The position numbers and the translations under genes were made by a program. DNA of 64,000 bases from Promethearchaeota archaeon (GTDB lineage Archaea; Asgardarchaeota; Lokiarchaeia; Sigyniarchaeales; SOKP01), in contig JBHLOY010000003.1 of NCBI GenBank assembly GCA_048939995.1, positions 224,001-288,000 on the forward strand, in the 5' to 3' direction. The notes beneath the pieces were generated by a model. That model searched no databases and had not been told where the DNA came from. It worked only from the letters and a program-made list of their open reading frames with translations. Position 1 is the stretch's first letter. The number at the start of each line of letters is the position of its first letter. This document shows, piece after piece, positions 40,532-49,026 of this stretch.

Positions 40532-40852
40532 ATGAAAATTAGAGCAAAGAAGAATTATTTAATAATAGTTTTTCTCATAAGCATTTGCACTTTTACTATA
40601 AGTGTATATGCATCTCTTATTTTAGATAAAAAAGTTATTTACACAAGTGGTACTATTGCTTTAGTTCCTTTAGAAGGTGGTTTTTATGGTATTGAAGGAG
40701 ATGATTACAAACATTATGAGCCCATTAATCTACCAAAAGATTTTGAGATAAATGGATTAAGAGTAATTTTTAATGCCATAAAAAGAGATGACTTAGGCAG
40801 CTTTCGTATGTGGGGATCCATTATCCAAATAATTAATATCAAGCGTATTTAA
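40532..40852 (+). CDS. Membrane-anchored/secreted hypothetical protein
   Basis: N-terminal hydrophobic helix; LEGGFYGI...Y.PINLP.DF..NGL.V motif. Confidence 0.65.
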   Translation: MKIRAKKNYLIIVFLISICTFTISVYASLILDKKVIYTSGTIALVPLEGGFYGIEGDDYKHYEPINLPKDFEINGLRVIFNAIKRDDLGSFRMWGSIIQIINIKRI

Positions 40853-40866
40853 AGCTTTTCATACTC

Positions 40867-41532
40867 TTATCTTTTTATTATTTGAATCCCTCTCCTTTTC
40901 AGATTTTTAATTACAAAAGGGTATTCAATAAGTTCTTCAAATTCCAAATTTGGAATACCTAGACTCCTAATTTGGTCAACTGTAAAAAGATTCACTAAAA
41001 GGGCTGCTCTGTTTTTTATATTATATTTATTTAAAAGTTTTAATGCATTAATTTGATAATGAAAATACTTGCCAACTACACCAGTAATCTTTTGAAAAGT
41101 TATTTCGTCTACACCTTTTAACGAGACTCTTACGTAAATATTCTCAAATCTACTTAATTTTTTCGCAAATTTTTCATCAAAAAGAATTCCATTCGTTTCA
41201 AGGATAAATATAACATCTTTGGGAACTAAATTTATCAAACTAAGAAGGTGTTCCTTACAAATAGTAGGTTCTCCACCACTTATTCTTATAAGTGGTTGAT
41301 TCATATTTACAAGTTTTTTGCTTACTTGTAATGCAGAATAGTATTGCCCAAATTTATAGGACCAAACTTTTTTTTGTCCCCAGCAATAGACGCATCTTAA
41401 ATTACATCCTATACAATCGGCTGTGGCACATCCACCATAAAATTTGGTTTTTCGGAATCTATAATACTTTCTTTTATTATTAATGCAAACATTATGCTTA
41501 ATTTGTTTAGATAATTCGATTGGATCAATCAT
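40867..41532 (-). CDS. Radical SAM protein (COG5014-like)
   Basis: KYYRFR...FYGG.ATAD..GCNLRCVYCW, ISGGEP, LETNG. Confidence 0.85.
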   Translation of the reverse strand: MIDPIELSKQIKHNVCINNKRKYYRFRKTKFYGGCATADCIGCNLRCVYCWGQKKVWSYKFGQYYSALQVSKKLVNMNQPLIRISGGEPTICKEHLLSLINLVPKDVIFILETNGILFDEKFAKKLSRFENIYVRVSLKGVDEITFQKITGVVGKYFHYQINALKLLNKYNIKNRAALLVNLFTVDQIRSLGIPNLEFEELIEYPFVIKNLKRRGIQIIKR

Positions 41533-41572
41533 ATCATAATTCTCATCAAAAAATAAATGAAAATAAGGTTAT

Positions 41573-41737
41573 TCATTTATCATTTAAATCGTTATTATTT
41601 CCTAATTCTCTTATAAGATAATCTTTCAGAGCACATCTTACAAGTTCAGAGCGACTAGGATATATCTTATGATCCCCGACTAATTTGTTAATTGCCTCAA
41701 CATCTTCTTGTGGAAGGTTAATAGTGACAATTTTCAT
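41573..41737 (-). CDS. CopG/ribbon-helix-helix DNA-binding protein (54 aa, below track cutoff)
   Basis: MKIVTINLPQEDVEAINKLVGDHKIYPSRSELVRCALKDYL. Confidence 0.85.
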   Translation of the reverse strand: MKIVTINLPQEDVEAINKLVGDHKIYPSRSELVRCALKDYLIRELGNNNDLNDK

Positions 41738-41848
41738 TTGAACTTCTCATTCCTCTTATTAGTATTGTAGTCCTTTCAAATATTTATATTTTAGTCATAC
41801 AATATAGTGTATGAATTATTGTAATAATGAGAAATTTCAAAAATCTTC

Positions 41849-42130
41849 TTATTTAATATGCTCCAACATGGAAAGATGAGTCAAAGAAAAGTCGTGAAAA
41901 CCGTCTCGAGAGGGGCTTTTAATGCCTTCAGCAAGGATCATATGTCCTACTCGCGGTAGAAACCCATAAGTATTAATTTTTGAAGAATCTACTAAGACAG
42001 AATATAAAGCATCCTTCGTTTGTACAGTAAGTATCATATAACCATAAGTAAAACTTCGAGAAATTTTTTTCTCGCCATCTCGGATTGCCGTAATCCTTCC
42101 TCTTATAATTACTTTCCCAGTTCCACTCAT
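41849..42130 (-). CDS. Small OB-fold-like protein
   Basis: VIIRGRITAI...ILTVQT...VG..ILAEG beta pattern. Confidence 0.5.
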   Translation of the reverse strand: MSGTGKVIIRGRITAIRDGEKKISRSFTYGYMILTVQTKDALYSVLVDSSKINTYGFLPRVGHMILAEGIKSPSRDGFHDFSLTHLSMLEHIK

Positions 42131-42248
42131 CTAAAATACTTTATATTAATTTTCTATAGAAACAAAAATAAATTAGCTAATTCATTTAGTTATATAATCA
42201 TAATCATTTATAGTTAAAAAAATCCAATTAAAGGGTTCAATTAAAAAA

Positions 42249-42512
42249 ATGGTAAAAAAATTTGTAGGTTTCATCTTAATGGGTGTTGCGGCAGGTAATT
42301 TTGTTGTCTCTATTATATTATTTTTTACATATAATAGCTTATTAGACTTTATTGGATTTCCTGACTATCAAAAACGGATATTAATCATTTCTATTTTAGT
42401 CTCAAGTCTAATACCCGCGATTGTACTTCTAATAGTAGGAATTGTCGTTTTGATAAAAGCATCCAAACAAGAAAAGCAAAGAACCTTAAAGGATCAAAAA
42501 GATCAGAGTTGA
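42249..42512 (+). CDS. Small two-TM protein
   Basis: Two hydrophobic segments. Confidence 0.6.
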   Translation: MVKKFVGFILMGVAAGNFVVSIILFFTYNSLLDFIGFPDYQKRILIISILVSSLIPAIVLLIVGIVVLIKASKQEKQRTLKDQKDQS

Positions 42513-42572
42513 TTATAGAAAATTATTAGATTTCTTGTAAAACATTCTATTCTTTGTATTTGTAAATTTAAT

Positions 42573-43733
42573 TTAGGTAAAAAAATTTGAATCATGCCTT
42601 TTCAGACTGTCACTTAAAACAAGACAAAGCTTCTTTAAGACTTTTGTATTGACTTTGTCAATAGTATCATTAGGAGTGTGCATATAATTTTGTACATGTA
42701 CTCCTCCAATCCCATATCCTTGAAACCCTTTATCTCCTAAAAAGCCTCCATCAGAATGGGTACCAAAAACTCTATTAGTAATATAGTGATTTATCCTAAG
42801 GTATCTAGAATTGTTCAAAATGAGATTATCAACATCTTTAGCATGATCATCTTCCCTTCCTCCTGGAAATAAAAAAATATAATTAGCAATAGATTCAAAA
42901 TTAAAAATTATTGATTTCTTAGGATCAAAATTATCTAAATTATTATAAAAGTGTCTTACACCCATTGTTCCGCATTCTTCAGCTCCGCTAAAAAGAAACC
43001 ACATATTATAATTGGTTAATCGGTTTTCAGGACGAGAAAAATAATTAAGGAGCTCTAAATTACAAGCTATACCTGAGGCGTTGTCAACAGTTCCTGGAGA
43101 ATCATTATTTGTTGTGTTAAGAATAATGAGAATTGAACTTAATATGTTTAATGTAAGAGGAGGCGCTCCTATAATGAATAATATTATTTCATATGTTCTC
43201 GATATTGTTACTTTTAAAATGATGATAAGTGCCATAACTATAGAGGAAATTACCCATAATTTAATAATTCTTATTCGAGTTTTAACCGTGAATCTTTGTC
43301 CCTTAGAATCTAAATGGCTCATCAATAAAACTATGCGATCATTATTTTTTTCATCATCCGATTTACCTTTTAGCCTGACTACTAGATTCTGGGAATTAAA
43401 TTTAGGCATTATTCGTATCTTTTCGGGTTTTCGTGTTATAATAAAAGAAACGATTACAATACCTAATAAAATTAGAATTAAAAGTAAAGAAATTATCATA
43501 TTAATATTAAAGAAAAGTAGTAAAAATATTAAGGAACCCGATGAAAATGCTATTTTGGGATATATCCTTGAATAAAAAGAACTGAAAGTGAAGCGCTGTA
43601 TTTCAAAATCTAAATTTAAATTCTCAACCTCGCTTTTTACTTTATTAAAAGCTTTCAATTCAGATTGAGTTCCAGATAATCGAGGAAAAGCAAACTTTTT
43701 AAGATTCTGTTTTATTCGGGTTTCTTTAATCAT
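42573..43733 (-). CDS. M28 family metallopeptidase with TM insertions
   Basis: PRLSGT, SHLDS, DNASG, GAEECG, HSD, HTPND. Confidence 0.85.
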   Translation of the reverse strand: MIKETRIKQNLKKFAFPRLSGTQSELKAFNKVKSEVENLNLDFEIQRFTFSSFYSRIYPKIAFSSGSLIFLLLFFNINMIISLLLILILLGIVIVSFIITRKPEKIRIMPKFNSQNLVVRLKGKSDDEKNNDRIVLLMSHLDSKGQRFTVKTRIRIIKLWVISSIVMALIIILKVTISRTYEIILFIIGAPPLTLNILSSILIILNTTNNDSPGTVDNASGIACNLELLNYFSRPENRLTNYNMWFLFSGAEECGTMGVRHFYNNLDNFDPKKSIIFNFESIANYIFLFPGGREDDHAKDVDNLILNNSRYLRINHYITNRVFGTHSDGGFLGDKGFQGYGIGGVHVQNYMHTPNDTIDKVNTKVLKKLCLVLSDSLKRHDSNFFT

Positions 43734-43875
43734 ATTAATACTTTTACATAATTTCGTTTTTTAAATATTAGAAATAATAAAAGAGCTTCTGTATTAAATT
43801 CAAATTTGGGAAAAATACATCTTTAATTCAAAAAATTATTAAAATTTTCAAAATTTAGAGATTGATCAGATAAAA

Positions 43876-44355
43876 ATGATTTTTCAATTAGATTCATATT
43901 GTGGATTATATTGCGGCGCTTGCTTTATCATGACTGCTTATCGTCAAAATCGTAATGATTGTCTACCAAATGAGTGGGTAAGCCCTATACATGATAAAGA
44001 AATTAAATGTCATGGCTGTAAAAGTAAATTTGTCTTTAAGAATTGTCGAGGGTGTAGAATTCGCGCATGTGCTCAAACTAAAAATATTGAATTTTGTAAT
44101 GAATGCTCTGAATTCCCCTGTGAAAAGATCAATAATCTAAAAAAATTTAATCTTGCACATCATCATGTAGCCATTAATAGTTTAGAAAGCATCAAAACAA
44201 TCGGTAAACAAGAATGGTTAAAACAACAAAGAAAGCGTTGGAAATGTTCCAATTGTGGTTTTCCATTCTCCTGGTATGAAAAAACCTGTATTAAATGTGG
44301 CAATGATTTGTTTAATAGTGTTAAAGAAAAAAATATCCTCTTTTTAGATTTCTAA
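43876..44355 (+). CDS. DUF3795 cysteine-rich protein
   Basis: YCGLYCGAC, CHGC, C..C.IR.C, FCNEC.EFPC, C-terminal CxxC pairs. Confidence 0.85.
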   Translation: MIFQLDSYCGLYCGACFIMTAYRQNRNDCLPNEWVSPIHDKEIKCHGCKSKFVFKNCRGCRIRACAQTKNIEFCNECSEFPCEKINNLKKFNLAHHHVAINSLESIKTIGKQEWLKQQRKRWKCSNCGFPFSWYEKTCIKCGNDLFNSVKEKNILFLDF

Positions 44356-44424
44356 ATTTCCTTTTAGAAATTTTCTTTAATATAAACCGAATAAATCAAT
44401 TTATTAATATTAAAAACTTTATAT

Positions 44425-44871
44425 ATGATTATGGTAAAAATCCAAGTTGAACCAATTGGCTACGTAGAAAGAGAATCTCCCGATGAATATAATAAAGATC
44501 GGAGTTTAAACTCAAAAATAATCATTAAAAAGAGCATTAGTAAGGCATTAGATGGTATTGAAGATTTCTCCCACATTTATATCATCTTCTGGATGGACAA
44601 AATCAAAGATTCTGGCTATTTGCATCATCCGGGGAAAACTCAAGGATCGAAACCCCTAGGTATCTTTGCAACTAGAGCTCCAATACACCCCAATCCTATT
44701 GGATTAACATTAGTTGAATTAATAAAACGAAAAGAAAATGTTATTTGGGTGAAAGGACTTGATGCTTATAATAAAACATCCGTGTTGGACATTAAACCAT
44801 ATCCTGATTGGGAACATGGAAAGTGTATTATAATTGATGACTTTAGAGTACCAAAATGGTTGAAAAAATAA
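44425..44871 (+). CDS. tsaA: TsaA/TrmO-like tRNA methyltransferase
   Basis: EPIGYV, LDGIEDFSH, GIFATRAP.HPNPIGLT, GLDA, LDIKPY. Confidence 0.8.
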   Translation: MIMVKIQVEPIGYVERESPDEYNKDRSLNSKIIIKKSISKALDGIEDFSHIYIIFWMDKIKDSGYLHHPGKTQGSKPLGIFATRAPIHPNPIGLTLVELIKRKENVIWVKGLDAYNKTSVLDIKPYPDWEHGKCIIIDDFRVPKWLKK

Positions 44872-44876
44872 TTAAT

Positions 44877-46079
44877 TTAAATTAAATTGATTAGTCTAGT
44901 CAATAACTCGAGACTCCTTTTTTCGTTATTAAGAACCATGTTCATTAAATTAGAGTTATAGTTTCGACGCACAGGGCTGTCTAATTTGACAGCAGGTCCC
45001 CATAAAGTATCTATTACGGGAAAAATATTTCGAATTCTCTCTAAAATTTCAGTTTTCAAATTAGATACATCATATAAAAAAGATTGACTACCGTTTATAT
45101 TTTCTATTAACTTTTCTAGACTACTTGTTTCATTCAATCTTTTATCCCAGTAAGATTGCTTTAAAATGCTTGATAGCTGGCTAGTCTCATTATATAATTT
45201 GCTTATTGCCTTTAATTGTGAATATTGGAGGTATTTCTCAATTTCTTCTAAAAATCTGCCAGCATTAGAACGATCATATGAAAGTTGTCCAGCCTGAGTT
45301 GTAACACTCCAAATTACTGGCCAGGTAATTTCTGACTGTTCTATCTCTTCCTTTAAATCAATAAGTGCAGCTAAACCTTGTTTAAGGGATTTATCTTCCA
45401 ATGAGGGAGTGCTATATTTTTGAGCGCCGGGATGGTTTTTATAAAGTAAGGATTTCCCCTTATAAAGATTAATAGCTCGGTTTATTGATTCAAAAAATAT
45501 ATTTTTTTGATCTGGTTGATTTATCTTTTTTTCAAATAAGAAAATAGGATTATCAGCCCAAATAATAGGTCCAGGAACTGGACCATCCCACTTTTCCGAA
45601 ATAGAGATTTTCTCATATTTATAAGAATCTGATAAATTTTCACGACCAATTTGTAATAAAAATTCATCTGTATCCTCATTGATACCAGTAATAATAATAG
45701 CTCCATGATACCATTGGCTACCCAAATTAGATGTAATAATAGGATAACCTTCTTTTAAGGAATTTTTAATACGATCTTTAGTTCTTTCTATTTTTTCATT
45801 AACAAACCATTTTCCTTCCCAACCAACTGAGGCACATGCGAATGATATAGTATCTATCGGTACTCGATCTCTCATTGGTTCACGCACATCATCTTTATCA
45901 TACACAAATTTAAAGGCATCTCCCGAAATGCCTGTTAACCACCAAGAATTGATTTTCTGTCCAAGATAACTTAAACAAGATTCAAGCGCAAGCATGAACA
46001 TATCTCCAGCATCCCAATCAAGAAGGAAAGCTGGCACATTTTCGATAACTATTTCGATATTTTGAGGTACAGAATTCAT
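44877..46079 (-). CDS. Hypothetical protein (BtrH-N/C39-like N-terminal fold possible)
   Basis: 400-aa ORF; GISGDAF, SL..G.PII, IITG pattern. Confidence 0.5.
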   Translation of the reverse strand: MNSVPQNIEIVIENVPAFLLDWDAGDMFMLALESCLSYLGQKINSWWLTGISGDAFKFVYDKDDVREPMRDRVPIDTISFACASVGWEGKWFVNEKIERTKDRIKNSLKEGYPIITSNLGSQWYHGAIIITGINEDTDEFLLQIGRENLSDSYKYEKISISEKWDGPVPGPIIWADNPIFLFEKKINQPDQKNIFFESINRAINLYKGKSLLYKNHPGAQKYSTPSLEDKSLKQGLAALIDLKEEIEQSEITWPVIWSVTTQAGQLSYDRSNAGRFLEEIEKYLQYSQLKAISKLYNETSQLSSILKQSYWDKRLNETSSLEKLIENINGSQSFLYDVSNLKTEILERIRNIFPVIDTLWGPAVKLDSPVRRNYNSNLMNMVLNNEKRSLELLTRLINLI

Positions 46080-46156
46080 ATAATTATATATTAAATAAAC
46101 TATATAAAATAATGGGAGTTGATAGACCGATTTTAAATAAGTAATCTAAATTTTAA

Positions 46157-46522
46157 TTAATACCATTGAGTAGTATCTGCTTCCAATGTGAGATCATTTA
46201 AAGTTGCAGCTCCCACTATTTTAACCCCTGGAATAAGATCAATTTTCTCCCATCCTAGCATTCTCTTTGAAGCTTCACATACTAGAATTTCTACCCCGGC
46301 ATCTAAAGTTTTATCTATCATCTCTTTTACAGTTGGAAACGAACCTAATTTAATTTTTTCAGCTTCACCAGGTCTTAATATTCTCAATCCTTTTCCTAAG
46401 TAATATACCTTAGCATCTAAATCCATTGCTTTAGCAGTCTGAGCTAATACAAGAGGAGAATATTGTCGTTCAGGGTCATCACTTGTCTGAACATATAAAA
46501 TAGACTTTTTTTCTTTACTAAT
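46157..46522 (-). CDS. DsrE/DsrF-like protein; probable ATT start
   Basis: In-frame extension ISKEKKSILYVQTSDDPERQYSPLVLAQTAKA supplies the expected first strand and helix; GVEILVCEAS, GAATL; GAGGTGG 6 nt upstream of ATT. Confidence 0.8.
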   Translation of the reverse strand: MSKEKKSILYVQTSDDPERQYSPLVLAQTAKAMDLDAKVYYLGKGLRILRPGEAEKIKLGSFPTVKEMIDKTLDAGVEILVCEASKRMLGWEKIDLIPGVKIVGAATLNDLTLEADTTQWY

Positions 46523-46922
46523 TTTTTTCCACCTCTTTAAGGTTATATTTATTTTATTTTAATCAAAAAGCTTATTCTCCTCATCGAAATTAAAAGTATA
46601 AATGTTCGTTTAGTTTTTTTAAAGAAAACTTAAAATTTCAATTATAATAATTCATCAATTTTAATTGAAAATTTATAGAATATTACTTTCTTCATTTTAC
46701 AATAAATTAAGAGTATTGACTAAGAGTTTGAATGGTTTAATAACAGTTTTATAAAAAAAATATTATTTAAACTGCATTTTAATAAAAAAAGAACAAGAAA
46801 AAAGCATTTTATTTAAAGCACCTTTATAACATCTGGAGAACAGATGGATAACTCTAAAATTTTTTAAAGAAGTTATTATTATAATATTAATAACGTTAAA
46901 ATATGCAAACAGTGGCTTATAA

Positions 46923-47588
46923 TTGAATATTATTCCTTTATTCTCATCAGTTATTTCACTTGTGTTTTCAGGATTATTGTTAATTCAATTTGTTAAAAGA
47001 CGTAAGATTCATCAAGTTTTATGGATGATTGCATTACTTTTTTTCGGAATTTCAACTTTAATTGAATTTTTAATGAACGCTGATATTTTAGGAGTTAATA
47101 ATATGATTCTCTTTACTATATTCTATGTAACAGCTTCTTCCTTAGTAGGATTATTAGGTGCGGGACAATTATATTTAATCCTTAAAAACAAAATTTCCCA
47201 TTTTTTCCTAATTTTTGTAATCATACTTACAGTAATCCTAATTATAACTCTAAGCATCGTTCCTTTTCCAACCTCCTTAACTTTTGTAGGTGAACTTGGA
47301 GAGGATATTCGGATTATTTCAAATGCCTATCCTATGTCTGTAAGAATTTTTGCAATTATTTTAGCTTCTGTAGGAGGGTCAGTATTACTCTTAGGTTCTC
47401 TATATAGCTTTATCAGAGACAGAAAACGGTATTATACTCTTTTTTTCACGCTCGGGGCAATTTTTCCTTTACTTCGCAATATTCCCTTTGGTTATTTAGG
47501 AAATGAGTTGGCAAGTGTAATTTCCTTATTTACAGGATTTATACTGAGTCTGGTATATCTAAAAAAAAGCACTAAACCAATCGAATAA
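46923..47588 (+). CDS. Multi-pass membrane protein (~7 TM)
   Basis: Hydrophobic 221-aa ORF. Confidence 0.7.
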   Translation: MNIIPLFSSVISLVFSGLLLIQFVKRRKIHQVLWMIALLFFGISTLIEFLMNADILGVNNMILFTIFYVTASSLVGLLGAGQLYLILKNKISHFFLIFVIILTVILIITLSIVPFPTSLTFVGELGEDIRIISNAYPMSVRIFAIILASVGGSVLLLGSLYSFIRDRKRYYTLFFTLGAIFPLLRNIPFGYLGNELASVISLFTGFILSLVYLKKSTKPIE

Positions 47589-47601
47589 TAATTAGCTAAA
47601 A

Positions 47602-49017
47602 TTATTTTAAGTCATTCTTTTTTTTCCGGACTCTTTTGGCTTGGATTGCAATAGTTTCAAGAAGTCTCCTCTGATTTGTTGAGATCCATGGCCCTTCACA
47701 ATCAATTGCTGCGTATGGAATTTCACTCTTATTGGTTAGTGGCCGTATAATAGCTTGTGAGTTCATTGCAGGCTGACAATTAAAGGTTCCTAAATTAATT
47801 AAGCCATCGTAGATACCCTCTTTAATTGAATGTAAAAATCGACCAGTTATTATTGGGGTTTCGCTAAGGCTATTTGACGAAACAAACTTACTCCCTTCTT
47901 CAAAAAGATCAATAAAATCTATAAATGGGTCAAAAATTAATCCTGATTTACTCATAATCTTTTTGAAAATCTTTAATTGGGAATTTAAGAAATTCAAAGC
48001 ACTTTTATTTCTTTTTATCCTAATAACTTCTTTCTGCTCAGTTTCATCTAAACCACTAGCATTAAGTAATTGTTCATTAAATTGTTCTTTTGGAGTGATA
48101 TATCCCTTTTTAAATCCATATCTTATTGTACTTTCAGCTAAAATTAAACTCATAGTTTCAACGATGTCTACGACTTTCGTAATAATACCCCTATCAAGAA
48201 AAAAATTTTCAACAGGATAATGATCAAACATTAAATTTAAACCACCAAATATTAATACCTTTGGAGTTTCTTCAACTTTTGCTCTAACCGGTATTTTTGC
48301 AACCTCTCTTGCCCATTTTATTAAACCTATGTTTAAAGTTTTCTTTCCTTCTTTAACACTTTTGATAAAATTGTTGGTCAAATCTTCAAATTTCTCTAAG
48401 GCTGCAAATCTTTTTTCAGCAACACATTGCAAGGCATTTCTTGCTTCGATAAGATATTGGCCTAAAATAAAGTATATATTCTCCCATGCTAATAGATCGC
48501 GATTCAAGCCTAAATAATTGTTAGTATACTTAGGGAATGCACAGAAAATTGCATTTTTCAGATTTAATCTTTTTGCAAAGATTTCCCAAAGAACTGGCCA
48601 TGCCCCATTTTGGCACGGACCATGGTTATCTATTGGGCTACGATAAATTGTGATTTCATTTTCATTCCGATATTCATTTATATCCTTTAAGACTGCTCCG
48701 GCTATGGCAACACTCGCAAGACACTCTCTTCCAGAACAAATATGTTTAGCATATTGTAAAACTGAAGCATCTGTTTCTTTACTTATTCTGATATTTCTAT
48801 TATATTTTTTAAATAAATCTTTCACAAGTCTTCTTCCATAAGGATTACGAGGTTCTGGATTAACATATACTATCCTTGGATCATCAAATCCAACTTTTTG
48901 ATCATCACTGTCAATAATGTACTTACGATCTTCTGAAAATCGAGCTGGTTTAACAGGATCTTCGTTATCACCTTTAATTTCATCAATCTCAGTCATCTTT
49001 AGGCCACTATTATTCAA
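47602..49017 (-). CDS. 2-hydroxyacyl-CoA dehydratase/reductase-like partner of the CoA activase (PlsR-like)
   Basis: SGREC, GPC..G, GLINLGTFNCQP, IDCEG, RRLLET; 9-bp gap to the activase gene. Confidence 0.7.
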   Translation of the reverse strand: MNNSGLKMTEIDEIKGDNEDPVKPARFSEDRKYIIDSDDQKVGFDDPRIVYVNPEPRNPYGRRLVKDLFKKYNRNIRISKETDASVLQYAKHICSGRECLASVAIAGAVLKDINEYRNENEITIYRSPIDNHGPCQNGAWPVLWEIFAKRLNLKNAIFCAFPKYTNNYLGLNRDLLAWENIYFILGQYLIEARNALQCVAEKRFAALEKFEDLTNNFIKSVKEGKKTLNIGLIKWAREVAKIPVRAKVEETPKVLIFGGLNLMFDHYPVENFFLDRGIITKVVDIVETMSLILAESTIRYGFKKGYITPKEQFNEQLLNASGLDETEQKEVIRIKRNKSALNFLNSQLKIFKKIMSKSGLIFDPFIDFIDLFEEGSKFVSSNSLSETPIITGRFLHSIKEGIYDGLINLGTFNCQPAMNSQAIIRPLTNKSEIPYAAIDCEGPWISTNQRRLLETIAIQAKRVRKKKNDLK

Positions 49018-49026
49018 TTTGATATT

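Noticed and set aside
43081-43575. 164-aa + strand ORF
   Set aside because: Fully antisense to the well-supported M28 peptidase
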